The notes below the pieces were generated by a model. It was not told where the DNA came from, ran no database searches, and saw nothing but the letters and a program-made list of their open reading frames with translations. DNA of 64,000 nt from Syntrophaceae bacterium UBA4767 (GTDB lineage: Bacteria; Desulfobacterota; Syntrophia; Syntrophales; UBA4767). This document shows, piece after piece, positions 1 to 9,139 of the stretch. Location of the stretch: contig DHHR01000067.1 of the NCBI GenBank assembly GCA_002403385.1, positions 7,937-71,936 of the forward strand, in the 5' to 3' direction. Made by a program: the position numbers and the translations under genes. How positions within the stretch are numbered: position 1 is the stretch's first letter; the number at the start of each line of letters is the position of its first letter.

Positions 1-75
1 CTTTTCTTTACGAGATGCCTCTTTATATCGCTTATAAAGAACCTCAAAATACTCTTCCTTGGATTTGGGACTCAT
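1..75 (-). CDS. 5' end (25 codons) of a CDS that runs off the left edge. The N-terminus MSPKSKEEYFEVLYKRYKEASRKEK is reminiscent of HTH N-termini of integrase-core/DDE transposases, but function is unproven.
   Basis: ATG at 75-73 (minus strand) with GGAGG (87-83) 7 nt upstream. The frame stays open to position 1. Too short to appear in the ORF track. Confidence 0.45.
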   Translation of the reverse strand, partial: MSPKSKEEYFEVLYKRYKEASRKEK

Positions 76-247
76 TGCTAGACCTCCGTTTCCGAATCTT
101 TTCTCGGTAACATCGGTTCATGAGTCAACGTATCCCTTTTATGCAACTCTTCGGTAACATTTTATTTGAGGCAATTCGATATTCTCAGGAACTATTGAAA
201 TCGTTCTACGAATTTGGTAGATTAGCGAAAAACAAGAGTGCATTGAT

Positions 248-1825
248 ATGGTTAGACAACGCTTAATAAGCGCTATACTGGCACTGTTCGTTGTGAGCTT
301 CTGGCCTTCCAGCAGTTTTGCCTTAAACGAGATTCTTAATATCAGACACTGGGTTGCGCCGGATCATACACGAGTTGTCATTGACGCAGCTTACGAACCT
401 CAGTACAGTTTTGAAAAAGACGAGCAAAGATTAACCGTTCATTTGTTTGATACTGTAATTTCGAAGAGTGTCCCTTCCGAAATTATTCTAAACAAGCCGG
501 GCATAAACAAGATCAGGGTTACTTCTCCTTTCCGGAATTCAGTAAACATTGAACTGTCTTTAACTGATCATGCCGAGACGAATTTGTTTGCCTTGAAAAA
601 GTTCCAGCAAAAGCCGGACCGCATTGTTATCGATATCTCCTTTCCCGATGTTGAGAAGAAAGAAAACCAGGAAAGAGAACAGGTGCGTGTTTTAAAAAAA
701 GAAAAGATCATTGTGATTGATCCTGGGCATGGGGGGGAAGACCCCGGAGCGATTGGGCAAAGAGGTACAAATGAAAAGGATGTTGTTCTTGATATAGCTA
801 AAAGGTTAAAGTTTTTACTGGACAAAAGAGGAGGGTATCGGGCTTTCTTGACAAGGAATGGTGATTACTACGTTCCTTTCAAAAAAAGACTGAAAATTGC
901 CCGCGAATACGGGGCTGACTTATTTTTAAGCATCCATGCGGACGCTTCCATGAATAGACAAGCTATGGGAAGTTCTGTTTATTGTCTCTCTATAGGCAGC
1001 GCAAGTTCCGTAGCTGCCCGCTTGTTGGCGAGGAATGAAAACCTGGCGGACATTGTAGGAGGTTATACAAACGTCGAAAATATCAATGAATCTGATCCCA
1101 TCATACTGAACATGTGTCAGACCAATACCATGAATCTGTCAAAAGCCTTCGGATATCAGTTGCTGCAAAATTTAAGTCAGGTAAATAAGGCTAAATACAA
1201 TGACGTTCAGGAAGCACCCTTCATTGTTCTAAAACTTCCGGAAATCCCATCCGTTTTGGTGGAAACGGCTTTCATCTCTAATCAAGGAGAAGAACGGCTC
1301 TTGAAAAGCAACCGTTTTAAAACTAAACTAGCGAAGGCGATGCTTGAAGCCATAGATAACTTTTTTCAAATATCTGTTCCTCCATTACAGACGCCGCCTT
1401 TGGTTATTGCGAAGGCAGAGCAAAAGGCACAGACTGAAGCCCGTTCGTCGGTTTCCATGGAGACGGTTTATAAGGTAAAGAAAGGCGATAACCTCTGCAG
1501 CATTGCGAAAAAATATGATACTACGGTGGGCGTTTTATTAAGGTTGAATGATATGAAGATGGAAGACCCCCTATATGTGGGTCGGATATTGAAGATACAA
1601 CCGGCAACAGATGGCGCTGATGATGACAAAAAAATAATTGAACCGTCCGTTCAAGACAAGAGGAAATTTTTTGTCTATAAAGTAAAAAAGGGTGATACGC
1701 TGGCAAAACTTGCCAGGGACTGCAAAGCAGACATTAATGAATTGCTCCGCCTTAACCACATGAAAATTTCGGATTACCTGCTGATAAATCAAAAATTAAA
1801 ACTTCCCAAGTCTCCAGGGTTATAA
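248..1825 (+). CDS. N-acetylmuramoyl-L-alanine amidase (AMIN-like N-domain, Amidase_3 core, two C-terminal LysM repeats)
   Basis: 525-aa ORF with a signal-peptide-like N-terminus. Amidase_3 motifs VIDPGHGGEDPGA and SIHAD. Two repeats of YKVKKGD-x-L-x-IA/LA...LN typical of LysM. Confidence 0.85.
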   Translation: MVRQRLISAILALFVVSFWPSSSFALNEILNIRHWVAPDHTRVVIDAAYEPQYSFEKDEQRLTVHLFDTVISKSVPSEIILNKPGINKIRVTSPFRNSVNIELSLTDHAETNLFALKKFQQKPDRIVIDISFPDVEKKENQEREQVRVLKKEKIIVIDPGHGGEDPGAIGQRGTNEKDVVLDIAKRLKFLLDKRGGYRAFLTRNGDYYVPFKKRLKIAREYGADLFLSIHADASMNRQAMGSSVYCLSIGSASSVAARLLARNENLADIVGGYTNVENINESDPIILNMCQTNTMNLSKAFGYQLLQNLSQVNKAKYNDVQEAPFIVLKLPEIPSVLVETAFISNQGEERLLKSNRFKTKLAKAMLEAIDNFFQISVPPLQTPPLVIAKAEQKAQTEARSSVSMETVYKVKKGDNLCSIAKKYDTTVGVLLRLNDMKMEDPLYVGRILKIQPATDGADDDKKIIEPSVQDKRKFFVYKVKKGDTLAKLARDCKADINELLRLNHMKISDYLLINQKLKLPKSPGL

Positions 1826-1837
1826 GAGAAAAAAATT

Positions 1838-2317
1838 ATGCCCCAATTTTTTTGTAAAATTTACCGAAACTTTTTTGTTTTCATGTTTTCTTCAGTATGG
1901 CTTTGGGGAAGCGGTGGATTCTCCGTCTGCACAGGATTCGAATGGGAACCATTCCATGTCCGTCCCGATTTGAGGTGGGATAGTCCCGCATATGCCCAGG
2001 AAAACAAGCCTTTTGTTGAACCCAGCCATCTTTATGAGATGGGAGACAATTATCGCCCGCCTCAGGGTTATGTTACCGAAACTAAAGAAGAGGCATGGAA
2101 TGCCATTTATTTTAAACCCTTTCGCCTGTCGTTCTCGCATTACAAGGAGCCGTCGTTAGTGAGGGAGGCAATTCATCAAAATCAAAGAAATCAGAGAAAC
2201 TCATGGTATATGATTAAGACCCTTCCTTCTGTATGGGGGAAGATTTCAGATCGAGAAAAGCTGGAATTGATAGGCGAGATATTCGAACCGCAGGTCAATA
2301 TGGAAATTCATTTCTAA
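1838..2317 (+). CDS. hypothetical protein with a hydrophobic N-terminus (probably exported)
   Basis: 159-aa ORF 12 nt after the amidase on the same strand. N-terminal hydrophobic stretch FFVFMFSSVWLWG. No recognisable family. Confidence 0.5.
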   Translation: MPQFFCKIYRNFFVFMFSSVWLWGSGGFSVCTGFEWEPFHVRPDLRWDSPAYAQENKPFVEPSHLYEMGDNYRPPQGYVTETKEEAWNAIYFKPFRLSFSHYKEPSLVREAIHQNQRNQRNSWYMIKTLPSVWGKISDREKLELIGEIFEPQVNMEIHF

Positions 2318-2320
2318 GGC

Positions 2321-2986
2321 ATGGTGGAGAAGAGGATTATGAAAGTATTTGATGGGCTTTATGCTTTTGTTTGGCACAATTACAGAGAAAATAATTGCAA
2401 CACTTACCTTATTAATGGAGACAAAAAAATTCTCATTGACCCCGGTCATCAGCATCTCTTTGGTGGCCATGTTGCAAATAAACTAAATGAATTGAACATC
2501 AATTTGAATCAGATAGATATAGTTATTGCAACGCATGGCCATCCCGATCATCTGGAAGCGGTAAGAATGTTTAATAAATCAACGCTGTATGCCATTCATC
2601 CGAGAGAACACCTATTTATCAGTGAGTTGGCTGGACACTTTGGTTATGAAGTGCCTCAACCGAATTTATTTTTGCAGGAGGGCGATTTGAGCATTGGGGC
2701 TTATAATTTCCAGGTTATTTCAACCCCAGGACATTCACCCGGATCAATATGTTTGTACTGGCCGGAGAAAAAAGCCCTCTTTTCGGGCGATGTGATCTTT
2801 TATCAGGGAATCGGGCGGACGGATATTCCGGGAGGAGAGTTCTCTCTCCTCAAGAAGAGCATTCGGAGGCTTCAAATGCTGGATGTGACGTATCTCTTGC
2901 CGGGACATGGGGATATTGTTATCGGAAAAGAAAAGGTACAGAAAAATTTCAGAGAAATTGGGCGGCACTGGTTCAATTTTTCATAG
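2321..2986 (+). CDS. MBL-fold metallo-hydrolase (glyoxalase II-like)
   Basis: 221-aa ORF with the HxHxDH motif ATHGHPDH and downstream TPGHSPGS and GD motifs. Confidence 0.85.
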   Translation: MVEKRIMKVFDGLYAFVWHNYRENNCNTYLINGDKKILIDPGHQHLFGGHVANKLNELNINLNQIDIVIATHGHPDHLEAVRMFNKSTLYAIHPREHLFISELAGHFGYEVPQPNLFLQEGDLSIGAYNFQVISTPGHSPGSICLYWPEKKALFSGDVIFYQGIGRTDIPGGEFSLLKKSIRRLQMLDVTYLLPGHGDIVIGKEKVQKNFREIGRHWFNFS

Positions 2987-3493
2987 TTTTCTTAACTGCT
3001 GTTTGAAGTCGTTATTCAAGGCTTTTTCTGTGGCAAACCACTGCTCATCTTGAAACAGATTAGGCAGGACAGAAGACCCGTGTATGCCCATTTTTTGAAG
3101 ATTATCTTTCAGGGTGGAAATCCTTTTTTCTTTTTCGGTGGTTATTTTATTCTGGAAGTCGTTCACGGTTTGCGCAAAGGGCGCAATTTCAACCCCCAGC
3201 AGTTCACTGAAAAGTTGGAAAATCTTTGAGTTATCTTCATATTGCTCCACAGAAAGACGTTCTCGAAGTTCCATTTTCATAAGGCTTTTTAGTTCGGGGA
3301 TACTCTTGCTTTCCCGCTGAAAGGCTGTCTTTAATTGATCCAACTCCATCTTATCGTCCATGAATTTTTGTACCCAACCTTTGATTTTTCCCGATCCTTC
3401 TTTTAAGAGAAGCTTCTGTCTTTCTTCTTCTGTCATGGACAGATTTTTTGTTTTTTCCATGATGATATCTAAGGTGCTTTTTATTTCCGCCAT
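2981..3493 (-). CDS. hypothetical protein, predicted helical and charged
   Basis: 170-aa ORF convergent with the MBL gene (6-nt overlap). No family recognised. Confidence 0.5.
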   Translation of the reverse strand: MAEIKSTLDIIMEKTKNLSMTEEERQKLLLKEGSGKIKGWVQKFMDDKMELDQLKTAFQRESKSIPELKSLMKMELRERLSVEQYEDNSKIFQLFSELLGVEIAPFAQTVNDFQNKITTEKEKRISTLKDNLQKMGIHGSSVLPNLFQDEQWFATEKALNNDFKQQLRKL

Positions 3494-3582
3494 TTTCAGT
3501 GCTTTCCATAATTATTTTCAGAGAAAACTACATCGTAATTTTCCTTATAGAATCAACGGGCGCATCCATTTTTCGTTCATGC

Positions 3583-3780
3583 TCAGTTCATCTTGAGCGC
3601 CTTGGCTCCTCTGATTTTCGAATTTTTCAATTCCGCAAGGGCTACATTGTATCCTCGAGCGGAAACCTTGATCAGTATTTCATCCGAAACCGGCTTTGGC
3701 CAATCCAACAGATCAAGCGGTATCCTGTTTTCCCTGAAGGAAAAATTCCCTTTAAGAGCATGGCCTTCATATTCGATCAC
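3583..3780 (-). CDS. small hypothetical ORF (65 aa); coding status doubtful
   Basis: Only non-trivial ORF in the 452-bp gap 3494-3945. No clear SD and no recognisable motif. Confidence 0.2.
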   Translation of the reverse strand: MIEYEGHALKGNFSFRENRIPLDLLDWPKPVSDEILIKVSARGYNVALAELKNSKIRGAKALKMN

Positions 3781-3886
3781 ATTTTAGCGCCCGCTATTTC
3801 TACTTTATATATAACACTAATACCCAAAAAATCAGAAGTGGAAATTTTGAAAAAGATCGGGCGATGGTTTACCTAAAATCCCCCTC

Positions 3887-3915
3887 TTGCCATTTCGACT
3901 TGTAATGTTTAAAAT
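3887..3915 (+). promoter_or_regulatory. sigma70-type promoter candidate for clpS-clpA-aat
   Basis: TTGCCA (3887-3892), 17-nt spacer, TAAAAT (3910-3915), about 30 nt upstream of the clpS start. Confidence 0.4.
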
Positions 3916-3945
3916 TAATGCCAAAAGAAAAAGCGAGGAGGAATT

Positions 3946-4269
3946 TTGTCCGATCGTCCCAAAGATGATCCGCAATTTTTAGGTGATCTGAGGCTTGACG
4001 CTGAATCGGATCCCCATGAACCTAAGATGTACAGAGTTATCCTTCACAATGACCACTATACGACCATGGACTTTGTTGTGGAGGTGCTTATGAAGGTGTT
4101 CCATAAGGCGGCAGCAGAGGCAATCAAGATCATGCTGGATGTTCATAAAAAGGGCAGCGGGCTCTGCGGCGTGTATGTCTATGATATTGCGATTACGAAG
4201 ATTTGCCATGTTCATCAGATGGCAAAACAAGCTGGCTTTCCCCTTAAGTGCAGCTATGAAGAGGTATAA
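3946..4269 (+). CDS. clpS: ATP-dependent Clp protease adaptor ClpS
   Basis: 107 aa with a TTG start and GGAGG 6 nt upstream. Core sequence MYRVILHNDHYTTMDFVVEVLMKVFHK is typical of ClpS. Confidence 0.92.
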   Translation: MSDRPKDDPQFLGDLRLDAESDPHEPKMYRVILHNDHYTTMDFVVEVLMKVFHKAAAEAIKIMLDVHKKGSGLCGVYVYDIAITKICHVHQMAKQAGFPLKCSYEEV

Positions 4270-4274
4270 GAAAC

Positions 4275-6530
4275 GTGAAGATCAATGAAGAGCTTAATCA
4301 TATCTTAACAGCTGCTTTTACGGAAGCAAAGGCTCGGGAACACGAATATTTGACACCGGAACATATTTTGTTCGCCGCCTTGTTTTTTGAATCGGCGGCG
4401 GAAATTATCCGTAAATGCGGCGGCAGTGTGGAAACCTTACATGCAAAGATTGAGGATTTCTTCAACAAAAAGATGCCTCATGCACAGCAAAACACGGACC
4501 CCTTGCAGAGCATCGGCTTTCAAAATGTCATGACGCGGGCAGTGTACCATACGGCGTCCTCGCAAAAAGAGGCACTGGACATCGGTGACATATTCGTTGC
4601 CATCCTGGATGAAACGGACTCCCATGCTGCGTTCTTTCTGCGTTCGGAAGGAATTAGCCGTTTTGATCTTCTAAATTACATCTCTCACGGGGTATCGGTT
4701 CTGCCGGATGAAAATGTGACTGCAGAAACGCCCAAACCAGAAGAAAAAGCGGATAAAACGCAGAAGACCAACAAGGCGCTATCCGTTTTCGCGACAGAGC
4801 TAGTACAGAAGGCAAGGGCAGGAGAACTGGAACCTGTTATCGGACGGGAGGATATCCTTGAACGTACCATCCAGGTGCTCTGTCGCCGCTATAAAAACAA
4901 CCCCGTTCATATCGGCGAGGCCGGAGTGGGCAAGACAGCGATAACAGAAGGACTTGCCCAACTTATTGTCAAAAATCATGTTCCGAAACCCCTTAAAAAT
5001 GCAAAGATTTATGCGCTAGACATGGGCGCATTGCTGGCGGGGACAAGATTTCGGGGTGACTTTGAAGAGAGGCTGAAAGAGGTTATCGGCGAGCTTCAAA
5101 AGATCCCAAATGTCATTTTGTTTATTGATGAAATACACACTATTGTGGGAGCAGGAAATGTTTTGGGCGGCTCCATGGATGCCTCAAATATCCTGAAACC
5201 CATTCTGACATCAGGCAAAATCCGTTGCATCGGTTCGACCACGTATGATGAATACCGGAAATATTTTGAGAAGGACAGGGCCTTATCACGGCGCTTCCAG
5301 CCCATCGAAGTGCCTGAACCCACGGTGGAGGATACATGCCAGATTCTTCGCGGACTCAAAGATAAATATGAATCCTTTCATGATGTCATTTATACAGATG
5401 AAGCGCTCCATGCCGCGGCAGAGCTTTCCGCTAAATATATCAAAGACCGACATCTCCCCGATAAGGCCATTGATGTTCTGGATGAAACGGGCTCACGGAC
5501 GCATATTTACAAGAAGGACGAGGAGGGAACTATTACCATTACTCCTCATGAAATAGAAAGCGTTGTGGCGCGGATTGCAAAAGTTCCAGAGAATTCCATC
5601 TCTTCTTCTGAAATAACCCGCTTGAGGGATCTTAATGCGGCTTTAAAATCCGTTATCTTTGGGCAAGATCAGGCCATCGAAACAGTGGTTAGCGCCATCA
5701 GACGATCACGCGCAGGGTTTCAGGATGCAGGCAAACCCATTGCCTCCTTGCTGTTCGCCGGGCCAACTGGCGTGGGGAAAACGGAATTGGCGCGCCAACT
5801 GGCCGCAACCATGGGAATTGCCCTTCATCGCTATGATATGTCGGAATATCAAGAAAAACATACGGTATCCAGGCTTGTGGGCGCTCCCCCCGGATATGTG
5901 GGATATGAAGAAGGCGGTCTTCTGACGGAGACTATTCGTAAATCACCGCACTCGGTTCTTTTGCTGGATGAAATCGAGAAGGCGCATTCGGATATCTTCA
6001 ACACCCTCCTTCAGGTAATGGACTATGCCACGCTGACGGATAATAACGGAAGAAAGGCGGATTTCAGAAATGTAATTATTATAATGACCTCCAACGCCGG
6101 CGCCCGTGATATCGGAAAAGCAAAGGTAGGGTTCGGCGAGAGAAGAATCCGGCGCCAAGCTATTGCGGATGCGGTCAAAAAAATATTTGCTCCCGAGTTC
6201 CGGAACCGTCTGGATGGCGTGGTTACCTTCAGCGATCTTGAAAAGGACGTGGTGATCGACATAGCAAGGAAACAAATCCGTGATTTTCAGAGCCAGCTCA
6301 AAAAGAAAAAAGTAGAGCTATCTGTTGATGGCAAAGTTTATGAGTGGTTAGCGGAGGCTGGGTATTCGGTAGAATTTGGCGCCCGGGAAATCGCCCGGCT
6401 TATTCAGGAGAAGATCAAGAATTTCTTTGTGGATGAGGTTCTTTTTGGAAGGCTTGTCAAAGGTGGGCAGGTGATGGCGACTGTCGAAGCTGATGACATT
6501 CTTCTTCAGGTGACGGAAAGCGGCGCATAG
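4275..6530 (+). CDS. clpA: ATP-dependent Clp protease ATP-binding subunit ClpA
   Basis: 751 aa with two AAA+ modules (Walker A motifs GEAGVGKTA and GPTGVGKTE). Sits directly after clpS. Confidence 0.95.
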   Translation: MKINEELNHILTAAFTEAKAREHEYLTPEHILFAALFFESAAEIIRKCGGSVETLHAKIEDFFNKKMPHAQQNTDPLQSIGFQNVMTRAVYHTASSQKEALDIGDIFVAILDETDSHAAFFLRSEGISRFDLLNYISHGVSVLPDENVTAETPKPEEKADKTQKTNKALSVFATELVQKARAGELEPVIGREDILERTIQVLCRRYKNNPVHIGEAGVGKTAITEGLAQLIVKNHVPKPLKNAKIYALDMGALLAGTRFRGDFEERLKEVIGELQKIPNVILFIDEIHTIVGAGNVLGGSMDASNILKPILTSGKIRCIGSTTYDEYRKYFEKDRALSRRFQPIEVPEPTVEDTCQILRGLKDKYESFHDVIYTDEALHAAAELSAKYIKDRHLPDKAIDVLDETGSRTHIYKKDEEGTITITPHEIESVVARIAKVPENSISSSEITRLRDLNAALKSVIFGQDQAIETVVSAIRRSRAGFQDAGKPIASLLFAGPTGVGKTELARQLAATMGIALHRYDMSEYQEKHTVSRLVGAPPGYVGYEEGGLLTETIRKSPHSVLLLDEIEKAHSDIFNTLLQVMDYATLTDNNGRKADFRNVIIIMTSNAGARDIGKAKVGFGERRIRRQAIADAVKKIFAPEFRNRLDGVVTFSDLEKDVVIDIARKQIRDFQSQLKKKKVELSVDGKVYEWLAEAGYSVEFGAREIARLIQEKIKNFFVDEVLFGRLVKGGQVMATVEADDILLQVTESGA

Positions 6531-6532
6531 AA

Positions 6533-7258
6533 ATGCCCATCTATCAGCTTATTGATGAGTGCATATTTCCACCCGTTGAGCTGGCCTCACGTGAAGGTTT
6601 GCTGGCTGTCGGCGGCGATCTTTCCTGTAAGCGATTGCTTCTTGCCTATCGGCATGGCATCTTCCCATGGTATTCAGAAGAAGAGCCTATCCTCTGGTGG
6701 TCGCCGGATCCCCGTTTTGTTCTTTTCCCCGAAAAGGTGCGAATTTCGCGGAGCATGAAACAAATCCTCAGGCAAGGTATTTTTACAATCACGTTCGATA
6801 GAAAATTTCAGGATGTAATGGAGGGATGCCGTCAGCCGCGAGAAGGGCAGAGAGGAACATGGATTACCGATGAAATGCTCAATGCCTATATAAAGCTCCA
6901 CCACATGGGCCTAGCCCATTGTGTTGAGGCATGGCACGGCGGGAAGCTTGCCGGCGGCCTTTATGGCGTATCTTTAGGAGGCTGCTTTTTTGGGGAATCC
7001 ATGTTTACAAAAATAAGCAACGCGTCAAAAGCCGCTCTTATTATCCTGACGTTGATGCTTAAGCTTCTTGGTTTCATCTTGATCGATTGCCAGATTTATT
7101 CGGATCACCTCAAAAGCCTCGGCGCTGAAACGATCTCGCGTCGGCAGTACTTGGATATTTTACAAGCAGCCCTCAAGCAAAAGACTTGGCAAGGGAGCTG
7201 GCGATCATGGGAGGAGAGGATCACAGATGTTATAGATTCAAACGGGCGGAGCTTGTAA
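6533..7258 (+). CDS. aat: leucyl/phenylalanyl-tRNA--protein transferase
   Basis: 241 aa with GIFPWY...PILWWSPDPR and GGLYGVSLGGCFFGESMF motifs. Starts 2 nt after clpA. Confidence 0.9.
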   Translation: MPIYQLIDECIFPPVELASREGLLAVGGDLSCKRLLLAYRHGIFPWYSEEEPILWWSPDPRFVLFPEKVRISRSMKQILRQGIFTITFDRKFQDVMEGCRQPREGQRGTWITDEMLNAYIKLHHMGLAHCVEAWHGGKLAGGLYGVSLGGCFFGESMFTKISNASKAALIILTLMLKLLGFILIDCQIYSDHLKSLGAETISRRQYLDILQAALKQKTWQGSWRSWEERITDVIDSNGRSL

Positions 7259-8120
7259 TGCCAAGCGCATCGTAAATCCTCAGGGTTGCCTTGGATCTGT
7301 TTAGCGTATAGAAATGCACACCCTTTACGTCGTTGTCAATGAGGTCCCTAACCTGTTCAGTTGCCCAGTGGATTCCGACCTTTTCAACGTAGTCGTTATT
7401 TTCAGCTCGGCTTAACGCTTTGAGCAGGCGGGCCGGGAAATTGGTTCCCGCCGATAATTCGGCTATCCGTCTCATTCCCTTGATAGAGGTAATGGGCATG
7501 ATGCCGGCGATGATGGGAACACTGATGCCGGCAATTTCACAGCGTTCGCAAAAGTCATAGAATACGTGATTGTCAAAAAAAAGCTGTGTGCAGATATAAT
7601 CGGCTCCCGCATCTACCTTGGCTTTCAGAAATTCCATTTCTTTGAGCCGATTTGGCGTTTCAGGGTGCCCTTCCGGGTATCCCGCAACCCCGATTCCCAT
7701 GTCAGGAAAAAATTTCTTAATAAATGAAACAAGCTCCGCGGCATAACGAAAGCCTCCTTCCGGAGCGACAAAAAAGCTCTGCCCCTGCGGCGGGTCGCCG
7801 CGCAGGGCCATGACATTCTCAATGCCACTGGCTTTGTATGTTTTTAAAACGTGGAGTATTTCGTTCTGCCTGGCTCCTACACACGTCAGATGAGAAACCA
7901 CCGTAAGGTTGGTTTCCTTTCGGATTTTAACCACCAGATTGTGGGTAAGTTCTCTGGCCGATCCTCCCGCTCCATAGGTGACACTCACATAAGATGGTTG
8001 TAGAGAAACAAGCGCTCGGATAGTCTGGAACAGTTGTTCCGAAGCTTTCGCATCTTTCGGGGGAAAAAACTCAAAGCTGAAGCTGAATTTTTGATTTTGA
8101 AGTATCTGAACAATTTGCAT
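7230..8120 (-). CDS. metF: 5,10-methylenetetrahydrofolate reductase
   Basis: 296 aa. Motifs FSFEFFPPK, VTYGAGGS and LRGDPP are typical of MetF. Confidence 0.9.
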   Translation of the reverse strand: MQIVQILQNQKFSFSFEFFPPKDAKASEQLFQTIRALVSLQPSYVSVTYGAGGSARELTHNLVVKIRKETNLTVVSHLTCVGARQNEILHVLKTYKASGIENVMALRGDPPQGQSFFVAPEGGFRYAAELVSFIKKFFPDMGIGVAGYPEGHPETPNRLKEMEFLKAKVDAGADYICTQLFFDNHVFYDFCERCEIAGISVPIIAGIMPITSIKGMRRIAELSAGTNFPARLLKALSRAENNDYVEKVGIHWATEQVRDLIDNDVKGVHFYTLNRSKATLRIYDALGITSSARLNL

Positions 8121-8138
8121 GGTATTTTAGGGATGATC

Positions 8139-9137
8139 CTATCTTGACACCCGTTCATAGCCCCTTGTCGTGTGGAAGGCCGCCTTGTCAAAGAAAAGGA
8201 TAATCCTGGTTTCAAGTTCAACGACCATATAAATATCCACGGTTTTCTGCCAAAGCCCCCGGGATAGCGCAAAATCCCAGATATGCCGACGGACAAGGCT
8301 CAGGGCGCTCAACGTCTCGCTTAAACTGAATCCCTTTTTGCGGCTGTCGCTTCCCAGTTTTATATAGAAATTGTTTACATCTCCATCGTGACCACGCAGC
8401 CACCGGCAGAACTTCGAAAGAATGCCATACACATTGTTGAAGAGCTTTTTTTCTTCGATCTTGTGATACGCCGAAGTAGATACATTGGTTTGCGCATCTC
8501 TGACCCAGTTCCAGGCAATCGCTTCAACGTTTTTTTCGATCACTTCCACAAGCCTGTCCGACAAAAGATTCCCCTTCTTTCCATATTGATCCTCTGCAAT
8601 TGCGCCGGCAAAAGAGTCCATAATAGCCCATGATTCCGCCTTGGTGCGAATGTACGTTTGAACCGCATGCTCATTCGATGGAAAAGCAAGCCTGGGAATC
8701 GCCTCTATAGGGAAATACCTTACGGCCACAGTATCGCTTCCCGGCAGGCAAATGCCTCCTGTTTGCTCAACCTCAAAGGCAATAAACAATAAATCTCCAT
8801 AAAAATAACTTGTACAGGATTCAACATCGATAAGGTTCTGGATTTTCCCCTCAATGCCCGTTTCCTCTCTAAGTTCTCTTAGCGCGGCTTCCTCGATGCT
8901 TTCACCGGACTCCGCAAAACCTGTCGGCAGGCACCACCGCCCTTTGTATGGCCGCTTTCCCCTCTTTACCAGCAACAGCTTCCTGTCTGAAACAACAATC
9001 GCCGATACGACAGGAAGGGGATTCTCATAGAAGAAAAGGTTACAGGCTTCACAAAAATCTCGAACAATTCCTTCTTCCGAATTTCGAGTGATATGCTTCC
9101 CACAATAGGGACAAAAAGTTCTTTTTTTCTTTTTCAT
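8139..9137 (-). CDS. NUDIX hydrolase fusion: N-terminal Cys4 zinc ribbon, NUDIX domain, and a ~170-aa C-terminal helical sensor-like domain
   Basis: 332 aa. Zinc ribbon CPYCGK-x16-CEAC. NUDIX box GRWCLPTGFAESGESIEEAALRELREETGI. The C-terminal half resembles RsbR-N/histidine-kinase N-terminal helical modules (weak call). Confidence 0.8.
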   Translation of the reverse strand: MKKKKRTFCPYCGKHITRNSEEGIVRDFCEACNLFFYENPLPVVSAIVVSDRKLLLVKRGKRPYKGRWCLPTGFAESGESIEEAALRELREETGIEGKIQNLIDVESCTSYFYGDLLFIAFEVEQTGGICLPGSDTVAVRYFPIEAIPRLAFPSNEHAVQTYIRTKAESWAIMDSFAGAIAEDQYGKKGNLLSDRLVEVIEKNVEAIAWNWVRDAQTNVSTSAYHKIEEKKLFNNVYGILSKFCRWLRGHDGDVNNFYIKLGSDSRKKGFSLSETLSALSLVRRHIWDFALSRGLWQKTVDIYMVVELETRIILFFDKAAFHTTRGYERVSR

Positions 9138-9139
9138 CG

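Noticed and set aside
3499-3876. 125-aa plus-strand ORF in the spacer before clpS
   Set aside because: It has an Ile/Phe-rich, AT-driven composition, no start context and no motifs, and it overlaps the equally doubtful 65-aa minus-strand ORF. It is most likely non-coding promoter or leader DNA.
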